Shown: piece after piece, positions 45,658-54,655 of the stretch
Layout: every line of letters begins with the position of its first letter
Numbering within the stretch: the stretch's first letter is position 1
NCBI GenBank assembly: GCA_026982355.1
Contig: JALSHG010000012.1
Location: 30,579-94,578, forward strand
Reading direction: 5' to 3'
DNA length: 64,000 nt
Origin: Thermodesulfovibrio sp.
GTDB lineage: Bacteria > Nitrospirota > Thermodesulfovibrionia > UBA6902
Program-made: the position numbers and the translations under genes
The notes under the pieces: generated by a model
Database searches by the model: none
The model's input: only the letters and a program-made list of their open reading frames with translations
What the model was told of the DNA's origin: nothing

Positions 45658-46881
45658 TTACCTGTCACATTCTCCCAGAACGATATCAATGCTTCCGATG
45701 TTTGCGATTACGTCCGCAACCAGTTCGCCCTCGCATATGGCGGGCAACGCCGAAATATGCACAAAGGACGGTGATCTTATCCTCATCCTGTACGGCCTTC
45801 CCGTCCCGTCACTGACGAAAAAGAAACCCAGTTCTCCCTTGGGAACCTCGGTCGCAACATAAAGCTCGCCCTCCGGCGCGGTCTGGGGCCCTTTTGTGAT
45901 AAGCACGAAGTGGTGTATGAGATGCTCCATGTCGCTGAGCACCTTGTCCTTTGCAGGCAGGGTGAACTTGGGCGCGTCGGCCATTATGGGCCCTTTGGGT
46001 ATCTTTTCGATACACTGCCTGATAATTGAATTGGACTCGCGGAATTCATCCATCCTCACGCGGTAACGGTCGTATATGTCGCCGTTCTTACCTATGCACA
46101 CCTGCCACTTGACCTTGTCGTAGACCCCGTAGGATGAAATTTTCCGTATATCGTAGGAAACGCCCGACCCCCTCAGCGCCGGGCCGCTCAGGCCCCAGTT
46201 GATGGCGTCTTCAGCGGAGATTACGCCGACACCCTTTGTGCGGCGCAGCCATATGCGGTTTTTGTCTATCAGGGTCTCATACTGCTCCACCCTGCCCGGG
46301 AATTCCTCGGTAAACTTGTAAAGGTCTTCCAGCCACTGGTCGTCCACATCGTTTTTCAGGCCGCCGATTCTCGGGTAGCTCACCGTGAGCCTTGCGCCGC
46401 AGAGCCTCTCGAATAAATCAAGGATTTTTTCCCTCTCCCTGAAACAGTACAGGAACACCGTCATTGCGCCTATATCAAGTGCATGGGTTGCAAGCCAGAG
46501 GAGGTGGTTTGTTATGCGGGCCATCTCCCCGACAATGGTCCTTATGTATTCCGTCCTTTCCGGGACCTTTATGCCGAAGAGCTTCTCCACCGCCACGCAG
46601 TAGCCTATGTTGTTGGCCATGGAGGCGATGTAATCAAGGCGGTCCGTGAGCGGTATTATCTGCATGTAGTTCCTGTTCTCCGCGAGCTTCTCAACCCCCC
46701 TGTGCAGATAACCGACATACGGGGTGCACTTGACAATGGTTTCACCGCTCAGGTCGAGCACCAGCCTCAGGACACCGTGCGTGGCAGGGTGCTGGGGCCC
46801 CATGCTGAGAGTCAGCTCTTTTTCGGACAGGCGTGCGTCGCTGTCCGCTGCATCAACCTCTTTACCGCTGATGTTTTCCAT
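45658..46881 (-). CDS. nuoD: NADH-quinone oxidoreductase subunit D (49 kDa)
   Basis: 407 aa; separate from nuoC (unfused). Confidence 0.92.
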   Translation of the reverse strand: MENISGKEVDAADSDARLSEKELTLSMGPQHPATHGVLRLVLDLSGETIVKCTPYVGYLHRGVEKLAENRNYMQIIPLTDRLDYIASMANNIGYCVAVEKLFGIKVPERTEYIRTIVGEMARITNHLLWLATHALDIGAMTVFLYCFREREKILDLFERLCGARLTVSYPRIGGLKNDVDDQWLEDLYKFTEEFPGRVEQYETLIDKNRIWLRRTKGVGVISAEDAINWGLSGPALRGSGVSYDIRKISSYGVYDKVKWQVCIGKNGDIYDRYRVRMDEFRESNSIIRQCIEKIPKGPIMADAPKFTLPAKDKVLSDMEHLIHHFVLITKGPQTAPEGELYVATEVPKGELGFFFVSDGTGRPYRMRIRSPSFVHISALPAICEGELVADVIANIGSIDIVLGECDR

Positions 46882-46902
46882 AATGACCGAAATTTCAGTT
46901 CG

Positions 46903-46956
46903 CCTTACAGTTGCATAAAAACACCGCCTGCCGGCTTATGCAACATCAAGGTTTTA
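46903..46956. repeat. Copy of the element (CCTTACAGTTGCATAAAAACACCGCCTGCCGGCTTATGCAACATCAAGG) inside the nuo operon, in the 100-bp nuoC-nuoD gap
   Basis: Palindromic arms TTGCATAAAAAC / GCTTATGCAA; 22 bp upstream of nuoD ATG. Confidence 0.8.
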
Positions 46957-46981
46957 AAGAACTGTTAAAAAATACAGGTTA

Positions 46982-47514
46982 TCAAGATTGAATATTCCAC
47001 TCTTTATCATGGGAATGCAAATCCTTGAGCTCTTCGAAACCCTTGTACTCCCAGCCCTCCGGGCCTTTCAGGGGATAATCCTTTCTTAACGGATAGCCCT
47101 CCCAGTCTTCCGGCATAAGTATCCGCCTCAGATCCGGATGGCCGCTGAAGACTATGCCGTACATGTCGCAGGCCTCCCTCTCATGCCAGTTTGCGCCCTT
47201 CCATACGGGAACAACCGAATCAACCGACGGGTCGCTCTCGGGCAACTGCACCTTGAGCATGAGCCTGTGCTTGAATTTTATGGAATAGAGATTATACACC
47301 ACCTCGAAACGGAGTCTCCTGCCGGGGTAATCCACACCGCACAGGTCCGCCAGGTAATTCATCCGGATGTCCGGCGCGTCATGGAGATAGCGGCATATGT
47401 CGACGATCTTCTCCCGTTTGACGGTCACGAAGACCTGATCCCTGAACTGCTTCACATCAACGATTTCGTCTGAAAACTTCCCTTTAAGCCTCTCGACTAT
47501 CTCCAGGGGCTCCA
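46982..47514 (-). CDS. nuoC: NADH-quinone oxidoreductase subunit C (30 kDa)
   Basis: Start taken at [10 protein letters not shown] with AAAGGAG RBS; longer ORF extension overlaps nuoB and is rejected. Confidence 0.88.
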
Positions 47515-48015
47515 TCTGAAATGCTCCTTTTGTATTTTCTCCTGAAGTTTCATTACGCCGTCCATCAACGCCTCGGGTCTCGGGGGGCACCCGGGCACAT
47601 AGACATCCACGGGCAGAAATGTATCGCACCCCTGAACGACCCCGTAGGTATTGTATATATTTCCGGAGCAAGCGCAACTGCCCATCGCGATCACATACCG
47701 GGGTTCGGGCATCTGGTCGTAAACCCTCCGCACCACCGGCGCCATCTTCTTTGTTACGGTGCCCGCGATAATAATGACGTCCGACTGCCTGGGGGACGCG
47801 CGGAATATAACGCCGAAACGGTCAAAGTCATAATGGCTTGCACCTGAGGCCATCATTTCAATTGCACAGCAGGCGAGACCGAAGGTCATGGGCCAGAGCG
47901 AGTTTTTCCTGCCCCAGTTTATGACATTGTCCAGGGTGGTTATAAACATGTTGGTACCCGGCACGACCTTTGTGCCTTTCTCTACTTCAACCAATGTCGC
48001 ACTGTCCTTCACCAT
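47497..48015 (-). CDS. nuoB: NADH-quinone oxidoreductase subunit B (N2 4Fe-4S)
   Basis: 172 aa; CCxxE...GSCACSG...PGCPP cluster motifs. Confidence 0.93.
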   Translation of the reverse strand: MVKDSATLVEVEKGTKVVPGTNMFITTLDNVINWGRKNSLWPMTFGLACCAIEMMASGASHYDFDRFGVIFRASPRQSDVIIIAGTVTKKMAPVVRRVYDQMPEPRYVIAMGSCACSGNIYNTYGVVQGCDTFLPVDVYVPGCPPRPEALMDGVMKLQEKIQKEHFRWSPWR

Positions 48016-48053
48016 TTTTCCGTCAACCGTTCAGCGGGCGGCAGCCGTATCCC

Positions 48054-48425
48054 TCATTCCCACTCAAACGCCCCTTTCTTCCAGACATACACATAGCCTA
48101 TCAGCAGTATAAATATGAACAGCATCATCTCGACAAACCCGAATATCCCGAGCTTGTCATAGGCAACGGCCCATGGATAGAGAAAAACCGCTTCAACATC
48201 GAATACGACAAACAGCATTGCAACAATATAGAACTTGACGGAGAACCTGTATCTCGGTTCGCCGACAGGCGGATTCCCGGATTCATAAGGCGTGAGTTTC
48301 TGGGCGTACGGTCTCCTCGGCCTCAAAAGAATTCCCACGACCAGCGCGCCCATACCAATGGCCGCTGCAAGCAAAAAAGTTATCAGTACCGGCAAGTAGT
48401 CCGATGGGATGTAAGTTCCGGGCAT
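48054..48425 (-). CDS. nuoA: NADH-quinone oxidoreductase subunit A (start ambiguous: ATG 48425 or TTG 48464)
   Basis: 3-TM ND3-like protein; the longer TTG-initiated ORF coincides with a TTGACA promoter-like hexamer. Confidence 0.85.
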   Translation of the reverse strand: MPGTYIPSDYLPVLITFLLAAAIGMGALVVGILLRPRRPYAQKLTPYESGNPPVGEPRYRFSVKFYIVAMLFVVFDVEAVFLYPWAVAYDKLGIFGFVEMMLFIFILLIGYVYVWKKGAFEWE

Positions 48426-48434
48426 AGCCCTTGT

Positions 48435-48464
48435 TTTATACACAAAAACTGTTGCTTCTGTCAA
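48435..48464 (-). promoter_or_regulatory. Candidate sigma70-type promoter for nuo operon (TTGACA-N18-TATAAA) ending 9 nt before nuoA ATG 48425
   Basis: Hexamer match on minus strand; implies near-leaderless nuoA or alternative TTG start. Confidence 0.25.
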
Positions 48465-48654
48465 TGAATATTAGTCTTGCTTATCATAAGTTTTAACTTA
48501 TTTATCACCGTGGAGAAAACCGGCTGTCAACAGAGCCAATACTGGCTTGCGGTTATCCGGAAATCACCCGTGTCCGGACAGGCGGTTCCGCGGGACCGGA
48601 AACAATTTCTCCCTTTATTTTTTTCCTTTAAAAAAATATAATACGGTTGAAATT

Positions 48655-50295
48655 ATGAGGAACCTCTTTCAGAATCCCAGGAAGTCCATTGCGGCCAAGC
48701 TGATCATCGCCATCGGCCTGTTGATGGTTACAGTGAGTTTCATCTTCTGGTACGCCATCCTGAAAAAACAGGAAAAGGACATCATGTCGATCGCCCGCAA
48801 GTACGGAAACTCCTTCGTGGATTTCGCAAAACAGAGCACCCGGCAGAGCATGCTTGCCCACCGGCCTGAACAGACACAGCAGATACTCGAAAACCTGAGC
48901 ACCCCCGAAGGCGTGCAGAGGGTGATGATATACAATCATGACGGGAAAATACTCTATTGTACGCAGAGCCAGCATCCGGGCAAATTTGTCGACAAGTCAT
49001 CCATAGCGTGCAGGGCGTGCCATTCAGAGCCGGAAAAATCCCCGGACCTGCTCGTGACGCCGCAGAACTGGGCCGTTCACAAGAACGGCAGCGGCTTTAC
49101 AACGCTCAAGATCGTGAGCCCGATTGCCAACGAACCGGCCTGTTATAACGCAAGCTGCCATGCGCATCCCAGGGAACGGGAGATACTCGGATTCGTCGAG
49201 GCCGATCTGTCCCTGGCCATACTTGACGAGGCGCTCTTCAAACAGAGCCTTGCGCTGACCGCATATGTGGTGCTGTTTGTGCTTGCGGTATCCCTGTCGC
49301 TCGGCATAATCCTGTACAAGATAGTATCCAAGCCCGTCAACGAGCTCGTCCAGGGCATGAAGAAGGTGGCCGCCGGGGACCTTGATTATTCCGTGCCGAT
49401 AAAGTCCGTTGATGAAATGGGGGTGCTGGCCGACACGTTCAACTCCATGATAAAGGATTTAAAGGCCGCAAGGGACCAGAGGGAGCGCTGGACCCAGACA
49501 CTCGAGGAAGAAGTCGCAAAAAAGACCGAGGAGATCAAAAAGACGCACGCCAGCCTCGTGCAGACGGAAAAGCTCGCATCCCTCGGAAGAATGGCGGCCG
49601 GCGTGGCGCACGAAATAAACAACCCCCTGACCGGCGTCGTCACATTCGCACACCTGATGAAAAAGCGTTTCCCGCCGGACAGCATCGACGCCGAAGACCT
49701 CGACGTGATCATCGAACAGGCGGAACGCTGCGCGAAAATAATAAAGAACCTCCTCACATTCGCACGTGCCACTCCATCTGAAAAAGGTGAGATAGACATA
49801 AACAACGTACTGACAAGGACCATAAACCTCGTAAAGAACCAGGAGAAATTCTACAACATCAAGTTCGACATCAGGCTGGCGGATTACCCGCTCATCACGG
49901 TCGGCGACTCGCCGCAATTCCAGCAGATATGCCTGAACATGTTCCTGAACGCCGCCGACGCCATGGATGCCAGGGGCACGATAACGGTCGCAACCCGCAA
50001 GGTCATTGAAGACGACAAGGCCTATGCGGAGATAGAGTTCACGGATACCGGCTGCGGAATAAAAGAAGAGGACATGCAGAAACTGTTCGAACCGTTTTTC
50101 ACGACAAAGCCGGTTGACAAGGGAACGGGACTCGGCCTGTCCGTCAGTCACGGCATTGTCAAGCACCTCGGGGGGAATATCCGGGTGAAAAGCACTGTTG
50201 GCAAAGGGACAAGCTTTTTTGTTAGACTACCCCTGATAGAAAAGAAAACCGCGGAAAAGAAAAACCATGAAAAAGAAAATCCTGGTAATAGATGA
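48655..50295 (+). CDS. Sensor histidine kinase with periplasmic domain carrying c-type heme-binding motifs (CxxCH and CxxxxCH), HAMP, HisKA and HATPase domains
   Basis: Start at MRNLFQ (ATG 48655); two TM segments flank ~190 aa periplasmic region with CRACH (49009-49023) and CYNASCH (49141-49161); H-box AHEINNPLT. Confidence 0.85.
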   Translation: MRNLFQNPRKSIAAKLIIAIGLLMVTVSFIFWYAILKKQEKDIMSIARKYGNSFVDFAKQSTRQSMLAHRPEQTQQILENLSTPEGVQRVMIYNHDGKILYCTQSQHPGKFVDKSSIACRACHSEPEKSPDLLVTPQNWAVHKNGSGFTTLKIVSPIANEPACYNASCHAHPREREILGFVEADLSLAILDEALFKQSLALTAYVVLFVLAVSLSLGIILYKIVSKPVNELVQGMKKVAAGDLDYSVPIKSVDEMGVLADTFNSMIKDLKAARDQRERWTQTLEEEVAKKTEEIKKTHASLVQTEKLASLGRMAAGVAHEINNPLTGVVTFAHLMKKRFPPDSIDAEDLDVIIEQAERCAKIIKNLLTFARATPSEKGEIDINNVLTRTINLVKNQEKFYNIKFDIRLADYPLITVGDSPQFQQICLNMFLNAADAMDARGTITVATRKVIEDDKAYAEIEFTDTGCGIKEEDMQKLFEPFFTTKPVDKGTGLGLSVSHGIVKHLGGNIRVKSTVGKGTSFFVRLPLIEKKTAEKKNHEKENPGNR

Positions 50296-50635
50296 CGAGC
50301 TGATAGTAAGGAGAAGCTGTGAAAGGACCCTTGAGCCGGAAGGCTTCGATACAAAGGTGTCGGCCAGCGGCAAGGAGGGCATTGAACTGCTCGAAAAGGA
50401 GCCTTTCGACCTTGTCCTGCTCGACCTGAAGATGCCCGACATGGACGGCATCGAGGTCCTCAGGAAAATCAAGGCGGCATGGCCTGAAACAAAGGTAGTG
50501 ATAATAACGGGCTACAGCACCGTGGAGACGGCGGTAAAGACGCTGAAGCTCGGGGCCCATAACTACATAGAGAAACCCTTTACCCCCGATACCCTGGTCA
50601 ATGCCGTCAAAGAGGTTTTCGAAGAACCGGGTTAA
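50267..50635 (+). CDS. Single-domain CheY-like response regulator
   Basis: 122 aa receiver domain (ILVIDDE...LLDLKMPDMDG...); overlaps HK 3' end. Confidence 0.85.
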   Translation: MKKKILVIDDELIVRRSCERTLEPEGFDTKVSASGKEGIELLEKEPFDLVLLDLKMPDMDGIEVLRKIKAAWPETKVVIITGYSTVETAVKTLKLGAHNYIEKPFTPDTLVNAVKEVFEEPG

Positions 50636-50644
50636 TGAATTCAC

Positions 50645-51001
50645 GTGACATTAAGAGAGATAATAGATATCCTTGATGCGACCGTTATAACACCCCTGGG
50701 AGATGAAGACTTAAATGCGGATATACGCAGCGCATGCAGCGCCGACCTGATGAGCGCGGTGCTGTATTACCATACTCCCGACTCCCTTCTGATCACCGGG
50801 CTTACGCAGGCGCATGTAATCCGGACGGCCGAGATCGCCGGCATAAAGACCATCGTATTTGTCCTGGGCAAAAAGCCGGATATATATTCCATCGAGCTTG
50901 CCGAAGAAAAAAAAATATCCCTGCTCAGCACGTCCCTGTGCATGTACACCGCCTCGGGCAGGCTGTTCCGGGCGGGGCTGCCGGGCTGCCTGTATAAATA
51001 A
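50645..51001 (+). CDS. DRTGG-domain-like small protein
   Basis: 118 aa; resembles the DRTGG domain (as at phosphotransacetylase N-terminus) with degenerate motif. Confidence 0.5.
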   Translation: MTLREIIDILDATVITPLGDEDLNADIRSACSADLMSAVLYYHTPDSLLITGLTQAHVIRTAEIAGIKTIVFVLGKKPDIYSIELAEEKKISLLSTSLCMYTASGRLFRAGLPGCLYK

Positions 51002-51006
51002 AAAAC

Positions 51007-51450
51007 ATGCCGATAAACATAGACAAGGAAATAGAGGGCAGCTTCCAGATAATAGGCGGCAACTTTGTCAATGCGGGCGAGGCGTCCACCCAGTTGAAGC
51101 TCCTGCTCACCAAGCTCGGAGTGGACGAAGATATAATCAGGCGTACGGCCATTGCAACTTTCGAGGCGGAGATGAACGTAATAATATATGCGGCGGCAGG
51201 CAGGATGCACTATCACATCACGCCGCGGGGCATATCAATAAAAGTGGATGACATGGGGCCCGGGATTGAAGACATCGAGCTGGCGATGCAGGAAGGCTAT
51301 TCCACCGCGCCCGACTGGGTACGGGAGATGGGATGGGGTGCGGGCATGGGCCTGCCGAACATGAAGAAAAACTCCGACATATTCAAGATAGACTCTGTTG
51401 TGGGCGAAGGGACAACCATTGAAATGGTCATAAACTTCCCGCAACAGTGA
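51007..51450 (+). CDS. GHKL-family ATPase (anti-sigma regulatory factor / Ser-protein kinase-like, HATPase_c_2)
   Basis: 147 aa; G-boxes (DDMGPGI, GWGAGMGL) of RsbW/SpoIIAB-like kinases. Confidence 0.65.
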   Translation: MPINIDKEIEGSFQIIGGNFVNAGEASTQLKLLLTKLGVDEDIIRRTAIATFEAEMNVIIYAAAGRMHYHITPRGISIKVDDMGPGIEDIELAMQEGYSTAPDWVREMGWGAGMGLPNMKKNSDIFKIDSVVGEGTTIEMVINFPQQ

Positions 51451-51493
51451 ACCTTAACCTTAATGCGGCGTAAACGCGCAGAGGAGTCATGCC
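51449..51493. repeat. Half copy with core (AACCTTAACCTTAATGCGGCGTAAACGCGCAGAGGAGTC); its GAGGAG supplies the RBS of the downstream DRTGG gene
   Basis: Direct reading. Confidence 0.65.
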
Positions 51494-51835
51494 ATGAAAC
51501 TCTCGGATTTTGCCGGGGAACTGTCGCTGGAGGTGAAAACCTGCAAAGAGGGACTTGAGCGCGAGATTACGGGGGTCTACGTCAGCGACCTGCTTTCCGA
51601 TGTAATGGCCAACAGCCGGGCAGGCGACATCTGGATAACGCTTCAGACGCACCTGAACATCGTGGCTGTTGCGGGCATGAAAAATCTTGCGGGGATTATC
51701 ATCGTCGGGGGCAGAAAACTGCCGGAGGACACCAGACAAAAGGCGGAGGCTGAAAAGATTCCCATAATGACCACGCCCCTGCCGGCATTTGAAGCAGCCG
51801 GCAGGATGTACCGGAAGTTGAAAGAGCAGGGCTGA
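51494..51835 (+). CDS. DRTGG-domain-like small protein (second copy)
   Basis: 113 aa; paralogous to 50645-51001; RBS GAGGAG contributed by an intergenic repeat element. Confidence 0.5.
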   Translation: MKLSDFAGELSLEVKTCKEGLEREITGVYVSDLLSDVMANSRAGDIWITLQTHLNIVAVAGMKNLAGIIIVGGRKLPEDTRQKAEAEKIPIMTTPLPAFEAAGRMYRKLKEQG

Positions 51836-51958
51836 GGGAAACCGTTCAACGGTGTGGTTTTGCCCGCCTGTCCCGGCCCGTAAATCACCGGCGCCTTGTT
51901 GGGTCTGATTAATTGCTTCAGATCGTATATGCGTTTAATCATAAATTATCTTTCTTAA

Positions 51959-52738
51959 ATGCTGAAAGAGTTCAGAGCCGACCTCCACATACACACATGC
52001 CTGTCCCCGTGCGCCGACCTCGACATGACCCCTTCATCAATAGTGAAAACCGCCCGTGAAAAAAACCTTGATATAATAGCCGTAACAGACCACAACTCAG
52101 CGGAAAACACGGCCGCAGCCCGCAGGGCCGCCGGGGGCACGGCGCTGACCGTGCTTGCCGGAATGGAGATCACGTCCTCCGAAGAGGCGCATATCCTGGC
52201 CGTTTTCGATGATATGGAAGGTGTCATGAAATTGCAGGACAAGGTATATGAGAGCCTTTTGCCCGCGGAAGACATCCGGCCGTCCTCCCCGTTTGACACA
52301 GGGGGTCCCGGGGGGTTCGGAGAGCAGGTGGTGGTTAATGAAAAAGACGAGGTCATGGGATTCAGCAACCGCCTCCTCATAGGCGCAACAGCCCTGCCGG
52401 CTGATTCCATTGTCAACACAATACACTCTCTCGGCGGACTCGCGGTGGCCTCCCACGTGGACAGGGAGGCATTCAGCATCATATCGCAGCTCGGTTTCAT
52501 CCCGGGGGAACTGAAATTCGATGCACTGGAGATATCCGCAAGGGCGGACAGGAAGAACGCCGAACACCTGTTTGAAAACTACAGGTCCTTCGCGTGGATA
52601 TCCTCATCAGATGCGCATTACATAAAAGACATCGGCAGGGCGGCAACGGTCTTTCTGATAAAAGAGCCGACGGCGGCGGAGATGGCCCTGGCCATGAAGG
52701 GTGTCAATGGAAGAAGCGTGAAACGGCCGCGGTTGTAA
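51959..52738 (+). CDS. PHP-domain (polymerase/histidinol phosphatase-like) metal-dependent phosphoesterase
   Basis: 259 aa; DLHIHT...VTDHN motifs. Confidence 0.8.
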   Translation: MLKEFRADLHIHTCLSPCADLDMTPSSIVKTAREKNLDIIAVTDHNSAENTAAARRAAGGTALTVLAGMEITSSEEAHILAVFDDMEGVMKLQDKVYESLLPAEDIRPSSPFDTGGPGGFGEQVVVNEKDEVMGFSNRLLIGATALPADSIVNTIHSLGGLAVASHVDREAFSIISQLGFIPGELKFDALEISARADRKNAEHLFENYRSFAWISSSDAHYIKDIGRAATVFLIKEPTAAEMALAMKGVNGRSVKRPRL

Positions 52739-52747
52739 GAAAACCAC

Positions 52748-53215
52748 ATGGCGATTGCATACATAGGCATTGGTTCAAATCTCGGCCGCAGGAGGGAAAA
52801 CTGCAAGAGGGCCGTTGCGCTCCTGTCGGAAAACGGCATCAGGGTGCGCAGGCTTTCATCAATGATAGAGACAGAGCCGTGGGGGCTCAGGGAGCAGCCG
52901 AAGTTTATCAATATGGCGGTGGAAATAGAAACAGAGGCAACCCCCCGTGAGCTGTTAAGGCTTCTCAAAAACATAGAAGCCGCAATCGGCCGGCAGCCGT
53001 CCGTGCGCATGGGGCCGAGACTTATCGACCTCGACATACTGATGTATGACGACCTGTGTGTCAGGACGCCCGACCTGGAGATACCGCATCCCGGAATAAA
53101 GCACAGGGATTTCGTACTGAGGCCGCTTGCTGAAATAGCGCCCGACACGATCCACCCTGTATACAAAAAAACCATCCGCCACCTCCTCGACAACCTGTCC
53201 CCTCCCCGCCCCTGA
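52748..53215 (+). CDS. folK: 2-amino-4-hydroxy-6-hydroxymethyldihydropteridine pyrophosphokinase
   Basis: 155 aa; IGSNLG, EPWG, LIDLDIL motifs. Confidence 0.9.
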   Translation: MAIAYIGIGSNLGRRRENCKRAVALLSENGIRVRRLSSMIETEPWGLREQPKFINMAVEIETEATPRELLRLLKNIEAAIGRQPSVRMGPRLIDLDILMYDDLCVRTPDLEIPHPGIKHRDFVLRPLAEIAPDTIHPVYKKTIRHLLDNLSPPRP

Positions 53216-53272
53216 ACTTCCCGGCCGTTTCGCGGAATTGCAATCACCCCGCGAAATGATTATTATATTTTC

Positions 53273-54643
53273 ATGAATCTCTCAGTGGTTATCCTGGCGG
53301 CGGGCATGGGAAAAAGAATGAAATCCGGCATACCCAAGGTCCTCCACGAAACCCTCGGCAGGCCCATGCTCCAGCATGTGATCGATGCGGTGACCCCCCT
53401 GAAACCCGAAAAGACGGTGGTCGTCGTCGGCAACGGCGCGGACGAGGTCAGAAGGCGTGTCGGCGCCGCACACCTTACCTTCGTCGTCCAGGAAAAGCTC
53501 CTCGGCACGGGCAATGCACTCGCAGCCGCCGGGAAAGAGCTGGGCAGGGGCGCTGTTCTCGTACTGAACGGCGACGGCCCGCTGATAACAACCGCCACGT
53601 TAAAAAAACTCCTGACAAGGCACAGGCAAAGCGGCAATGCACTTTCCTTCCTCTCCTTTACGGACGATTCAACGGGAGGATACGGCAGGGTCATCCGTGA
53701 CGGCAGCGGCAGGGTTTCCGCGGTTCTGGAGGACAAACACGCAACACCGTCTGAAAAAATGAGGTTCACGGAATTAAACGGCGGCGTTTATGTGATAGAG
53801 ACCTCGGAGCTGGGCTGCCTCGAAAAGATCCGGAAGAACAGCGATTCCGGGGAGTATTATCTCACGGACATTGTCGGTATCCTATCAGGCTCGGGCAAAA
53901 GGCTCGAGGCGTATAACTGCTCCCCTGAAGAGATCCGCGGGGTCAATACGCGGGAAGACCTCTGGCAGGTCACCGAGATCATGAGGAAAAGGGTCATTGC
54001 AAAATGGATGAAAAGAGGCGTGACCTTCATAGACCCCGGCAGGACGGTGGTGCACACGCCGGTCTCGATAGGCAGGGATACCGTGATTTATCCGGACACC
54101 TATATCGAGGGAAAGACCGCTATCGGCAGGAACTGCATGATATACCCGGGCGTGAGGATATGCGACAGCACTCTCGGGGAAGGGGTTATAATTAAAGACA
54201 ACACCCTGATAGAGGAGAGCAGGATCGGAAAAAGCTCCACGGTGGGGCCGTTTGCGCATCTGAGGCCCATGAGCGTGATCGGACGCAATGCGAAGATAGG
54301 GAATTTCGTGGAGATAAAAAAATCCACCATAGGACACGGCACAAAGGCGTCCCACCTGACATATCTCGGCGATGCGGTGGTGGGAAGCAATGTAAACATC
54401 GGTGCGGGGACCATCACGTGCAATTACGACGGCAGGAACAAGTTCAGGACAGTCATAGAGTCCGGGGTCTTCATAGGGAGCGATTCACAACTTGTCGCTC
54501 CCGTGACGATACACAGGAGCGCTTATGTTGCGGCCGGGGCCACGATCACCAAAGACGTGCCGCCCGGCTCGCTCGCAATAAGCAGGGCCAAACAGCAAAA
54601 TCTTGAAAACTGGGCGAAAAAAAGACGGTTGAAAAACAAATAG
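53273..54643 (+). CDS. glmU: Bifunctional GlcNAc-1-P uridyltransferase / GlcN-1-P acetyltransferase
   Basis: 456 aa; N-terminal LAAGMGKRMKS nucleotidyltransferase motif, C-terminal hexapeptide repeats. Confidence 0.95.
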   Translation: MNLSVVILAAGMGKRMKSGIPKVLHETLGRPMLQHVIDAVTPLKPEKTVVVVGNGADEVRRRVGAAHLTFVVQEKLLGTGNALAAAGKELGRGAVLVLNGDGPLITTATLKKLLTRHRQSGNALSFLSFTDDSTGGYGRVIRDGSGRVSAVLEDKHATPSEKMRFTELNGGVYVIETSELGCLEKIRKNSDSGEYYLTDIVGILSGSGKRLEAYNCSPEEIRGVNTREDLWQVTEIMRKRVIAKWMKRGVTFIDPGRTVVHTPVSIGRDTVIYPDTYIEGKTAIGRNCMIYPGVRICDSTLGEGVIIKDNTLIEESRIGKSSTVGPFAHLRPMSVIGRNAKIGNFVEIKKSTIGHGTKASHLTYLGDAVVGSNVNIGAGTITCNYDGRNKFRTVIESGVFIGSDSQLVAPVTIHRSAYVAAGATITKDVPPGSLAISRAKQQNLENWAKKRRLKNK

Positions 54644-54655
54644 GGGAAGAACGGC

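Noticed and set aside
54644-54655. glmS ribozyme upstream of glmS
   Set aside because: Only 12 bp separate glmU and glmS, leaving no room for the ribozyme.
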